Virus record (IMG/VR): IMGVR_UViG_3300044705_000115
Location: 32,001-96,000 of that record
Source of the DNA: a virus
Direction: 5' to 3' (one strand)
Length of the DNA stretch: 64,000 bases
Part shown: one piece after another, positions 19,057-27,212 of the stretch
Numbering within the stretch: position 1 is the first letter of the stretch
Layout: each line of letters opens with the position of its first letter
The notes under the pieces: model-generated
Told to the model about the DNA's origin: nothing
Databases searched by the model: none
What the model saw: only the letters and a program-made list of their open reading frames with translations
Made by a program: the position numbers and the translations under genes

Positions 19057-19545
19057 TCAGCAGCCCTCGCAAGGCTCGGCCAGCGATGGCAGGGAGCGCC
19101 ACCAGCGCAGATGGACATCGGGGACGGACGTATAGCCCCAGAAGGTTCCCGTCTCGGTCGGGATCGCCGGAACCATGAAGCCGATCTGGTCGGTGCGAGC
19201 GAAGTAGCCGGGGATCATCCCGTCATCGTCGATCCCCATCACATCCTTGCTTTCGCGCTCGCCGGCGCAGCGGGCGCACAGAAGAGTCTGCTCATCGGCG
19301 AAGGTCTGGAACTCGCGCCAGAGCTTCACCCCCTCCTCTCCGCATCCCTCGCAGGCGTAGGGAATCCGCCTCTTGGAGCCCGTGCCGCCGCACCCGCCAC
19401 AGGTGACGAAGCCAGCTCGCTGCCCGCTGACGCTGATCATCAGCGTGCCGTAGCCCTCGCATCCAGGGCATTGCTCGTCGCCGTCGAGTTGGCGCTGCCG
19501 AGCCAGCTCATCGGCCTTCCATTTGATCTCCGGTGGGATCGACAT
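19057..19545 (-). CDS. zinc-finger protein (DnaJ-type CxxCxGxG repeats)
   Basis: CPGCEGYG, CGGCGGTG and two further CxxC; CCGACCAAGGAGGAG leader. Confidence 0.7.
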   Translation of the reverse strand: MSIPPEIKWKADELARQRQLDGDEQCPGCEGYGTLMISVSGQRAGFVTCGGCGGTGSKRRIPYACEGCGEEGVKLWREFQTFADEQTLLCARCAGERESKDVMGIDDDGMIPGYFARTDQIGFMVPAIPTETGTFWGYTSVPDVHLRWWRSLPSLAEPCEGC

Positions 19546-19583
19546 CGCTCCTCCTTGGTCGGGAAGGCGAGCCTAGAAGATGA

Positions 19584-19805
19584 GGCGCCCGGCCGCTAGC
19601 CACACGGCGACCTCCGGCTTGACGGGGCGGGTCTCGGTACCGAGATACCCCGCACCGCACCGACGCTCTTTTGAAGCCCTCCCCGGACTACGGACGGGGG
19701 TTGGTGTTTCCCCGCACCGCCTCGAGGCAACTGCTGTCGGCCCTCCGTTGCCAGAGGCCGCAGCCGGATCAGTGAAGCTTCGTTGGCGTACTGAGCTACG
19801 GGCGC
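19584..19805 (-). ncRNA. 222-nt tRNA-framed structured RNA
   Basis: GCGCCCG/CGGGCGC acceptor stem, 5' GCGCCCGTAGCTCAG, AGGTC variable loop and T-arm-like hairpin, about 140-nt structured insert; starts 2 nt after tRNA-Gly. Confidence 0.6.
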
Positions 19806-19807
19806 AG

Positions 19808-19880
19808 AGCGGTCGACGAGACTCGAACTCGCTACCTCCACCTTGGAAGGGTGGCGTCGCTCCTGTGCGACCTCGACCGC
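19808..19880 (-). tRNA. tRNA-Gly(TCC), atypical A8 and D-loop
   Basis: Cloverleaf: GCGGTCG acceptor, CCACC-CTTCCAA-GGTGG, TTCGAGT T-loop, U73. Confidence 0.85.
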
Positions 19881-19980
19881 GAGACGGCTCGCCGAGCCGC
19901 CGCGTCTTCGAGTCCGAGGAGGATTCGATGAGAGAGGCGACGGCTGCGGTCCGCCATGCGGCGAGACTACCAGCGCCGAG

Positions 19981-20802
19981 CTACAGCGGGTAGGCCCGGC
20001 TCCCGCCTTCCTTCTGGATCGGTGGCCGACTGCGAAGGCGGGCGGTCTTGCGCAGGCGTTTGGCCAGCGCGTAGGCGACGCCACCCCAGCGGTCGGTTCC
20101 CGGCGTCCCGAAAATCTCGGCTTCGCCCTGGGCCTGCCGCAGCGCTTTTGCGGGCACCACAGCCGTCAGCCGTTTCCACTGGGCGGGCGTGAGGTCGAGG
20201 TCGTAGTCGTCGCGCACGAGCAGGCCCAGCGCCCTGATCCAGTGCGAGGTATTGGCTTTCGGGTCCTCGCGCCAGTGCGTGTTCAGCGTCAGCGTGCGGC
20301 GGAGCTCGTCGGGGCCGAGCATCTGGTAGATGCCGTCGAGCGCGTTGACGGTTTCGATCCGGTGGTAGGGCTTGCCCTTGGAGAGTTTGCCGATCTCGAA
20401 GTTCAGCCCCTCTGTGATGGCCTTGATCTCGACGGCGACCGGCTCCTTCATCTTCACCCGCTCGAGGAAATGCTCCAGCGGCGAGACGCGCCGGCGGTCG
20501 CGGTCGATGGCGAGCTTCAGCGCCGCCTTTTCCTGAACGGAGCGAACCTCCGAGTGGACATCGCAGCGCCACTCCTTGACGCCGCGGGCTTTCCCCGCGA
20601 GGAAGCGATGGCGGCCGTCGATGATGCCGTACTTCGGGAAACCGTCCTTGCTCGGCAGCGGCGCCACCACCAGGACGACGACATAGGAGGGATTCCAGTT
20701 CTCGATCATCTGATCGACGCGCCGCTCCTCCAGCGTGTGGTCGATCTGGACGTCTGGGTCAGGGATCAACTGCTCGGTAGGGAGAACCCGCAACGAAGGC
20801 AT
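19981..20802 (-). CDS. ParB/Srx N-terminal domain protein (DUF6551-like)
   Basis: L.PDPDVQ...YGIIDGRHRFLA. Confidence 0.75.
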   Translation of the reverse strand: MPSLRVLPTEQLIPDPDVQIDHTLEERRVDQMIENWNPSYVVVLVVAPLPSKDGFPKYGIIDGRHRFLAGKARGVKEWRCDVHSEVRSVQEKAALKLAIDRDRRRVSPLEHFLERVKMKEPVAVEIKAITEGLNFEIGKLSKGKPYHRIETVNALDGIYQMLGPDELRRTLTLNTHWREDPKANTSHWIRALGLLVRDDYDLDLTPAQWKRLTAVVPAKALRQAQGEAEIFGTPGTDRWGGVAYALAKRLRKTARLRSRPPIQKEGGSRAYPL

Positions 20803-20861
20803 CAGTTCTCTCCTCCTTTCTTGGTCGGGTTCCAGCGTTCTAGACGCTGCACCCGACGCAA

Positions 20862-20932
20862 TAGGGCGGCCCGGAATCGAACCGGGACCTACGGGTTATG
20901 AGCCCGGCGCTCTGCCGTTGAGCTACCGCCCA
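20862..20932 (-). tRNA. tRNA-Met(CAT), initiator-like
   Basis: Cloverleaf; 1:72 mismatch and GGG/CCC anticodon stem. Confidence 0.85.
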
Positions 20933-21195
20933 GCGCTTATCGGCCGAAGCATTCGTCGAGCCGTCGGCGAACCCACCGCATCGCGTGCGTGTGGGCCGCA
21001 GAGCGCTGCTCGCGCTCTCCAAGCCGCACCGCCGAGTCCGCTGGCAAGCGCCTGCCCGTTGCCTCCTCTGCGACATCTAGAGCGCTGGCGCGGACGCTCA
21101 TGCCAAGCCCCCGCATACGCGAGAAGGCTGGCACCGGATAGCGGTAGTGGTCGGGGAAGTAGGTCATGGCTCCTCCTTCGGTTTGGCGAACCGCA

Positions 21196-21693
21196 TCAGT
21201 GCGAGCGCGAGTGAACCGGGCATCCGTCGCGCAGGGCGGCTGCCAGCTCGGGCCGGATGTCGCTGCGCTGATGCGCCTCGAAGATGCGCGTGATCAGCCC
21301 CTCGTCAGCGAGCATCGCCGTGGCGCTGTCGGCACAGGTGCAAACCTCGCTCTCGCGCTCGTGCGGGTTCTTCCACGGCAGCGCCAGCCCATCGCCGAGA
21401 CGGCGCGGCAGGACATGGAAGTGGAGATGGCGAACAGTCTGTGTCGCCTCCTTGCCCTTGCTCGTGATGAGGTTGGCGGGGGTGCCGTAGCTGGCCGACC
21501 ATTCGGCTGCCCGCGCCGCGACCTTGCCGGTCACCAAGGGGTTCTCGGCGAAGTCCTCGACATGCACCCACGGGACGACGAGGACATGCCCTGCGGTCAC
21601 CTGGCGCAGCGGCTCGATGACGTAGCAGTCGCCGTAGTCCATCAGCACATCGCTCGGCCCCTCGTAGTCGCAGAACGGGCAGCCGTCTCTCAC
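21196..21693 (-). CDS. HIT family nucleotide hydrolase
   Basis: CPFC, GHVLVVP and QTVRHLHFHVLPR motifs. Confidence 0.9.
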   Translation of the reverse strand: MRDGCPFCDYEGPSDVLMDYGDCYVIEPLRQVTAGHVLVVPWVHVEDFAENPLVTGKVAARAAEWSASYGTPANLITSKGKEATQTVRHLHFHVLPRRLGDGLALPWKNPHERESEVCTCADSATAMLADEGLITRIFEAHQRSDIRPELAAALRDGCPVHSRSH

Positions 21694-21817
21694 TTTCCCT
21701 CCTTGTCGAAGGCTTCAAGCTCTCGCCGAATCCTGGCCATCTCGACGAGGTCCTTGGCCTGGTTCATGCGGTCGATGATCTTTTGGCGTTCAGCGCGGCG
21801 CTGCGCCTTGGCGTCGC

Positions 21818-22126
21818 TCATCGAAGCAACGCTTCTTCCCACGGCTCCAGCGCGTAGGCCGCCGCAAGCTCTTTCGCCTGCTCCAAGGTGAAGCGATGGT
21901 GCCGCAGGAACTCGGCGTCTCGGCTCGCTGGCGGTTGTGGCTCGAGTACCCATCTGCCGTCGTCGCACAGCACGCGCCGCTGCCGTTCGATCTTCCATCG
22001 GTCGAGGTCAGCGATGCGGACGAAGCCATCTACGATGGCGCCACTGCGCTTGATCTCGGTGTAGTCGTATGGATGTCGCGGAAAGTCCGGCCCCTCGATG
22101 AGGTAGCCGCATACAACGAAGTCCAT
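21818..22126 (-). CDS. hypothetical protein
   Basis: Strong RBS with a CGACCGAGGAG leader. Confidence 0.6.
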   Translation of the reverse strand: MDFVVCGYLIEGPDFPRHPYDYTEIKRSGAIVDGFVRIADLDRWKIERQRRVLCDDGRWVLEPQPPASRDAEFLRHHRFTLEQAKELAAAYALEPWEEALLR

Positions 22127-22453
22127 AGGCGCTCTCCTCTCCTCGGTCGTTGGACGAGAGGAAGCCTACCGGTAAAGAAGAGATACGGGAAACGATTGTC
22201 CGCGGCCCGCCCAGACACGGGCCGTCGGTCAACCGGAACCTAGCGCGTGTGAATCCAGGCCGAGAGCGTTGCGATCCACTTGGCCGGATAGGCCCCGTGG
22301 CGGGCGAGCGGGTTTTCCGGCGTCCCTTCCTGGCCCGGCACTCGCCAGAACCAGTTGAAGAGCGGCACCCACGAGCCTTCTTCCTTTTCGACGATGAACT
22401 TCTCCTGCTTTGGCATGGCGCCGATTGTCCGCGCCGCCTCGGACGCGAGCGTC

Positions 22454-22672
22454 CTAGCTACGAACCTGGCGCCACAGGTAGCGCCTCGCCGGGTACTCAA
22501 CCGGCTCGACGGTTCCGGTGTTCTGCCAGAGGCAGTAGAGGCATTTGCGGGTCGTCTGAATCGAGAGCATCGTCAGAGATGCGATGCGCTTGGTCGAGTA
22601 AGGGCCAGCGATCTCGTTGCGCTCCAACCCGCGAAGAGCGCTCCTGACTTCTCTCAGTGCTTTGGTCGTCAT
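22454..22672 (-). CDS. small winged-HTH-like protein
   Basis: Leaderless start after TAGCGT; STKRIA...IQTTRKCL..L...G.V pattern. Confidence 0.45.
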   Translation of the reverse strand: MTTKALREVRSALRGLERNEIAGPYSTKRIASLTMLSIQTTRKCLYCLWQNTGTVEPVEYPARRYLWRQVRS

Positions 22673-22691
22673 GGCGATGACGCTACGCACA

Positions 22692-22861
22692 ACAAAAAAG
22701 GCTGGCAACCGGCCAGTGACTACCTACAGCGCAAGACGGAAGGCTCCGAGCCGCTGCCACCCGCGACGACTCGGAGCCCTTCCCACCGAAAGGAGAGGCC
22801 CAGCCGACCCCTCGACCGGCAAGCTGACGGCGCCCGGTCGATCAGCTTGGCGTCCCCCGTC
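22692..22861 (-). ncRNA. candidate structured RNA with X-Y/X'-Y' double helix
   Basis: TAAGCT -10 at 22868-22873; two perfect 8-bp complementary pairs; long hairpin; terminal hairpin followed by TTTTTT. Confidence 0.45.
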
Positions 22862-22877
22862 GCCGCTAGCTTACTCA

Positions 22878-22942
22878 ATCTGCGATCTGCGATTTGCGAA
22901 TTGCAAATTGCGATCCGCGATTCACGGTTCATGAATCGTGAA
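22878..22942. repeat. degenerate 7-bp tandem repeat (9 units, consensus about ATTTGCG) with dyad symmetry
   Basis: ATCTGCG ATCTGCG ATTTGCG AATTGCA AATTGCG ATCCGCG ATTCACG GTTCATG AATCGTG. Confidence 0.75.
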
Positions 22943-23020
22943 GAGTGGCTGCGCGGCGCGATGCGCTCGCCCGCAGGCGATGCCTCGCGCCGCGCTTGCC
23001 CGGCCGGAAACTGTGGGGGG

Positions 23021-23269
23021 CTAGCCGCCGGGCGGCGTCCAGCCCAGCTTCTCCCGCGCTCCCTCGTCGTGCGTGATGAAGTTGCCAGCCGATGCGCCAA
23101 GGTCGCGCAGGATGGTGCTGGCCTCTTCTGGGAAGCAGGCGCCCGCCCCGCCGAACCGTTTGTCGGCGCCGTCCCAGACGAACAGGACGAAGCTCACCTT
23201 GCCCTCTCGCGCGGCCCTCTCGCGCTCGGCCTTTTCGCTGGCTTCCTGCTCAGGGGTGAAGTCGGTCAT
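23021..23269 (-). CDS. hypothetical protein
   Basis: AGGAGG RBS. Confidence 0.55.
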   Translation of the reverse strand: MTDFTPEQEASEKAERERAAREGKVSFVLFVWDGADKRFGGAGACFPEEASTILRDLGASAGNFITHDEGAREKLGWTPPGG

Positions 23270-23278
23270 CGCTTCCTC

Positions 23279-24019
23279 CTACTTGTCCAAGATCACGGTG
23301 ATGGTGTTGACGGCGGTGCCGCTCGCCTTGAAGGAGTTCGCGGCGTTGGGGATGTGATAGCCGTGCTGCCCGACCAGATCGGCGAAGGCGATGTTCTTGC
23401 GGCGCTCCCCGGTCAACGCGCCGGCGCCCATGACCGACACCAGCTTGCCGCCCGGCGCGAGCAGCGAGAACGCCTTCGTCACATGGTCGATGTCCTGCTG
23501 GCGCTCGAAGGGCGGGTTCATCACCACGCGGTCGAAGAGCAACGGGAACTCCGCCGCCATGAAGTCCTCCACGAGCAGGTTGGGCAGGCTCAGATGCTCG
23601 GCGTGCTTGGGCTGAATCTCCACCGCCCACAGGTTCTCCGGCGCCACCCCCATCTGCAGCACCCGCTCGACTATCGCGCCGCGCCCGGCGGATGGCTCGA
23701 GGACGGTGTGGTTGGCGTGGACATCGGCGAGGTCGACGAGCAGATCGACCAGCCGCTCCGGCGTCGGGAAGTAGCCCATCTTGTCGATTGGCTCGACCTT
23801 GCCCTCGGCGAGCAGCGCTTCAAAGCGCTCGCGTGACTCCGGCTCGGTCAGCACATGGCCGCCCTTGCTGCGGTTCCACTTCGCGCCGATCGACTTCAGC
23901 ACTTTGTCCACGCGGACGTATTCATCGCGGTCGAGCTGGGTCTTCAAGACGAGCAGGTCGCCGTCGAGCTCAGCGTCGGCGAGGATCGTCAGAATGGCAG
24001 GGTCTACTGCGCGGGGCAC
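23279..24019 (-). CDS. SAM-dependent (N6-adenine type) methyltransferase
   Basis: YFPTP, VLEPSAGRG and VMNPPF motifs. Confidence 0.85.
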   Translation of the reverse strand: MPRAVDPAILTILADAELDGDLLVLKTQLDRDEYVRVDKVLKSIGAKWNRSKGGHVLTEPESRERFEALLAEGKVEPIDKMGYFPTPERLVDLLVDLADVHANHTVLEPSAGRGAIVERVLQMGVAPENLWAVEIQPKHAEHLSLPNLLVEDFMAAEFPLLFDRVVMNPPFERQQDIDHVTKAFSLLAPGGKLVSVMGAGALTGERRKNIAFADLVGQHGYHIPNAANSFKASGTAVNTITVILDK

Positions 24020-24055
24020 GGCGCCTCCTTGGTCGGTTGGCGCCAGCCTATCCGC

Positions 24056-24685
24056 TCAGAGGCCGAGCGGCGCCTTGAAGCCCCGCCACATCAGTTTCTC
24101 GCCCACGATGCGGAAGACGATGCCGGTGCGCAGCTCGATCAGGTCGGCGACCTCGGCGAGCCGGGAAGCGCCCAAGTCCTTCAGATGCACGGTGTAGAAC
24201 TTCTGATGGATCGTGTCGCGTGTGCCGAAGCGGTAGTAGCGCAGCGGGTCAGGCTCGTCTAGCTCTTCCTCTTCGACGCCCCAGGCGCCGTCGCGCTTGA
24301 GGATCTCGATCTGCTCCGGCGTCAGGTCTGCCATCGGGATTTCGTCCGGGCCGGGCGGCCTGTACTCAGAGCCGCCTTTCGCGTAAGCCCCTTCCTTTGC
24401 CTCGTAGCGCCCGCCGATGTAGGTGAGCCGGTCGGGGTCAGGACTCGCCACGTCGATGTAGACCTTGTGCGGCCAGCCGTACTTCCAGTCGGCGACCTCG
24501 AGGCGCTTCGCAGCGCCGGGTTCGCAGAGCTTCACGAAGGTCTCGGGATCGACCGAGCCGCAGTAGGAGCAGTAGCGGGCGCCGGGAATGACGAGCCAGC
24601 CATGATCGTCGCGCTCCTCCCAGACAGCGTCCGCAGTGAGGAAGGGGGACGAATCCGCGCGATGGACATTCGGCAGGTCGCTCAC
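24056..24685 (-). CDS. hypothetical protein (Ead/Ea22-like CSYCGS motif)
   Basis: CSYCGS...ADWKYGWPHKVY...KFYTVHL. Confidence 0.6.
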   Translation of the reverse strand: MSDLPNVHRADSSPFLTADAVWEERDDHGWLVIPGARYCSYCGSVDPETFVKLCEPGAAKRLEVADWKYGWPHKVYIDVASPDPDRLTYIGGRYEAKEGAYAKGGSEYRPPGPDEIPMADLTPEQIEILKRDGAWGVEEEELDEPDPLRYYRFGTRDTIHQKFYTVHLKDLGASRLAEVADLIELRTGIVFRIVGEKLMWRGFKAPLGL

Positions 24686-25136
24686 GGGCCGCACCCTAGC
24701 TGTCCCAACGGCGCAGACAGGTGCTGCACACCGAGTCGATCTCGCTTCTCGTCGCACAGTCCGCGAAGATCACCATCGCTGGCACCTTCCGCAGGCCGCA
24801 GCACGCTACGGCTGGCTCTGAGCAACACGCCGCCTTGTCGCTGTCGCTGGCGATGTGCAGGACGGCGGATTTGCGGAAGCGCACGAGCGTCGGGCGCTCA
24901 GCGGTGGTGCTGCGGGCAGGCTCAGTCACGGATCGACTCGAAGCTACGCACCAGCACGGACGCCGCCTCCAACTCCCTCAGCGGCGGCACTGGCTCGCCC
25001 TCGGGCGGGAGGATCAGCAGATCCATCGTCGACCATTCGCCGAGCATCGGGGATTTCTGATGGAGGATCGCCAGCACTTCGGCCCGCGACATGTGGGTCG
25101 CGTAGCGGTTTCCGTTGACGGTGATGATCGTCGCCA

Positions 25137-25562
25137 TCAGGCTGGCGCCTTCTCGCGCTCGCGGTCACGGCGGTTGGCCTCGGCGACGATCTCGGCCATG
25201 CTCTTGTGTTCCTCGGCCGAGAGCGCCTGCAGGATCGCGTTCGTCCCCGCCCACAGCGGCGGTTCGCGCTTGCCTTCCTCGGCCCAGATGCGCTTGACGG
25301 TTTCGAGCATGTCGAGCGCCGCCCAGAGCGCTTCGGCGTCGAGGACGGGCGCCTGGCTCTCGCCCATGATGTCGGCCGCTTCGTTCAGCACCTTGGCCTC
25401 GCGCAGGCAGCCGGTGTAGGCGTCCGCCGCCGCGTCGAAGGTGTCCTGCAGGTCGAAGGGCAGCACCCGTGTCGCCCGCTGCGGCCCCAGCCATGAGAGC
25501 GCTTCGCCGTGGCGCTTGGCCCAGATTTCGGCCTTCGTCGCCTCCTCCCTGATCAGCCTCAC
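25137..25562 (-). CDS. hypothetical protein
   Basis: Coupled ORF. Confidence 0.55.
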   Translation of the reverse strand: MRLIREEATKAEIWAKRHGEALSWLGPQRATRVLPFDLQDTFDAAADAYTGCLREAKVLNEAADIMGESQAPVLDAEALWAALDMLETVKRIWAEEGKREPPLWAGTNAILQALSAEEHKSMAEIVAEANRRDREREKAPA

Positions 25563-26005
25563 CAGATCGCCCCCGCCGCGAGGATGACGCCGCAGATGAT
25601 CGACACGACGACCGCGTAGATCAGGATGCCGAGCGCCGTCACCAGCACCTTCTCGCGGACGCTGCCTTTCTTCGGCTCCCCGCCGGCGACGAGGCCGACG
25701 AGGATCACGAAGGCCATGACGAAGGCGACGAGGATCAGAGTCAGGGCGAGCCGCCCCAAGATGTCATCCATCCGTGACCGCCTTCTCGACGAACTTCGCG
25801 TAGCGCTTCGCCATCCCTAGCCCGACCGCTGCTGCCTCAAGGTCGAAGTCGATCTCGGCGGCGAGAACGCCCCAGTCGGTGAGCATCTGCGCCGCATCGA
25901 CCGCGTAGGGGTCCTCGATGGTCGCCTCCATGTCGCGTTCGAGCAGTTCCCTGACGATGCGCTCGGCGTCGGGCGATAGGTAGCGGCGGTGTTCGGGGGC
26001 GGGCA

Positions 26006-26323
26006 TCAGTCGCCTCCTCCGAACCCGAACACGGCGCGAGCCTTCGCTTCTGCTGCCTCCCGCTTGCCCTCGTAGGCGAGTTGCGCTCCGCTGAAAGCGA
26101 AGGTCGCCCAGATCCACGGGCCGAACAGCAGCACCGCGACGACGAGGCCCGCGATTTTCAGCGGCTTCGGCAACGCGAAGTAACGCTGCACCCACTTCGG
26201 CGCGTCCTTGGGCAGGAAGGTCGCCTTGTGAACCTCGTCGATGATCGGTTCGGCGACGATGCGGCCTGCCACCGACCACACCGCGATCAGCACCCAGACT
26301 GGCACCACGATCCTGCGCCTCAT
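26006..26323 (-). CDS. membrane protein
   Basis: Two hydrophobic helices. Confidence 0.55.
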   Translation of the reverse strand: MRRRIVVPVWVLIAVWSVAGRIVAEPIIDEVHKATFLPKDAPKWVQRYFALPKPLKIAGLVVAVLLFGPWIWATFAFSGAQLAYEGKREAAEAKARAVFGFGGGD

Positions 26324-26538
26324 TCTTCTTCCCCTTCCAGGTCGAACGCCGAGTTGTCCTGACAGACCACGACGCTCGGCGTCCCGTAGCGGTCGGTCGA
26401 GATTTGCCTGACGCCGCCGTGGGCAGCGCAGGCGGCAGAGGCATCGGCCGCGTCGGGCGGTCGGTAGCCGCCCAAGCCGCCGCAACCGACCAGCGACCCT
26501 GCGAACGCGAGGGCGAGAACCAGCGCGAGCGGTCTCAT
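26320..26538 (-). CDS. putative lipoprotein
   Basis: Signal peptide with SLVG-C lipobox. Confidence 0.55.
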   Translation of the reverse strand: MRPLALVLALAFAGSLVGCGGLGGYRPPDAADASAACAAHGGVRQISTDRYGTPSVVVCQDNSAFDLEGEEE

Positions 26539-26777
26539 ACGAAGTAGATGAGGACGGAGTTGTCGCGCTCGCCGACGGTCATCATGCCCTCGCGCTGCGC
26601 CTGCTGGTTGATGTCTTCCAGCCGCCCAATCTGACCGAGCATCGCCGGCACGGTGATTTCGATCTCCACCTTGTAGCTGCGCTCGCCCCCATGCGAGATG
26701 GACACCAGCCGAACGTCGCTGTCCGGGCAGTGGGACTCCAACACGCGAAGCAGGGGTTCTGCTTCTAGGTACTTCAA
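26535..26777 (-). CDS. hypothetical protein
   Basis: TTG start after TAGTCT and the CCGACCAAGGAGG leader. Confidence 0.6.
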   Translation of the reverse strand: MKYLEAEPLLRVLESHCPDSDVRLVSISHGGERSYKVEIEITVPAMLGQIGRLEDINQQAQREGMMTVGERDNSVLIYFV

Positions 26778-26814
26778 CTGGTCCTCCTTGGTCGGTTCGG
26801 TGAAGACTACCCGC

Positions 26815-26997
26815 TCGCCAGGGCGCTCGGGGCCGTAGTCGGGCGCCGCTCCCGCCGGGGCCACGGCCTGCCTCGAAGGTGGCCGAGCTTTCGTATGTCC
26901 CGGCGGCAGCGAACTCCGGCACTAGGCGGACTCAGGACATGCCGCACCCGCGACCCTTCCCCGTCCCTGTATCAACCGCCGGCGGGTAGGTCCGCGC
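26815..26997 (-). ncRNA. candidate structured RNA with double kissing interaction
   Basis: TAGGTT -10 at 27004-27009; nested hairpins; bulge GCGGCA|TGTCCTG complementary to loop TGCCGC|CGGGACA. Confidence 0.45.
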
Positions 26998-27212
26998 TCG
27001 CCGAACCTAGCCGCGCGTGAGGACGGCGTCGATCACCAGAACAGCCAGAAGGCGAAGCTGATCGAACCGCCCATGCACAGACCGCCTGCGGAATAGGCCG
27101 CATTTCGCGTCTCGGGGCCGAAGAACCAGACTGCGTTGCCGAGCAGCAGTAGGACGATGGCCAGTGTCAACAGGAGCCAACGTGGGACGACGATGTAAGT
27201 CACGGCGGCAGG

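Noticed and set aside
19624-19761. Group I intron in the anticodon loop of the tRNA-like RNA
   Set aside because: Only about 140 nt, and no recognisable P7 R/S pairing (a TAGTCC is present but no GACTA partner on the same strand)
19584-19805. tmRNA
   Set aside because: No G3.U70, no A discriminator, no UUCG T-loop and no evident tag ORF ending in AA-stop
22878-22942. CRISPR array
   Set aside because: 7-bp tandem units without spacers; no repeat-spacer array was seen anywhere, and the Cas4-like nuclease sits in a replication/recombination context
26778-26864. Longer N-terminus for ORF 26535-26864
   Set aside because: An internal promoter and the CCGACCAAGGAGG RBS point to the TTG at 26777
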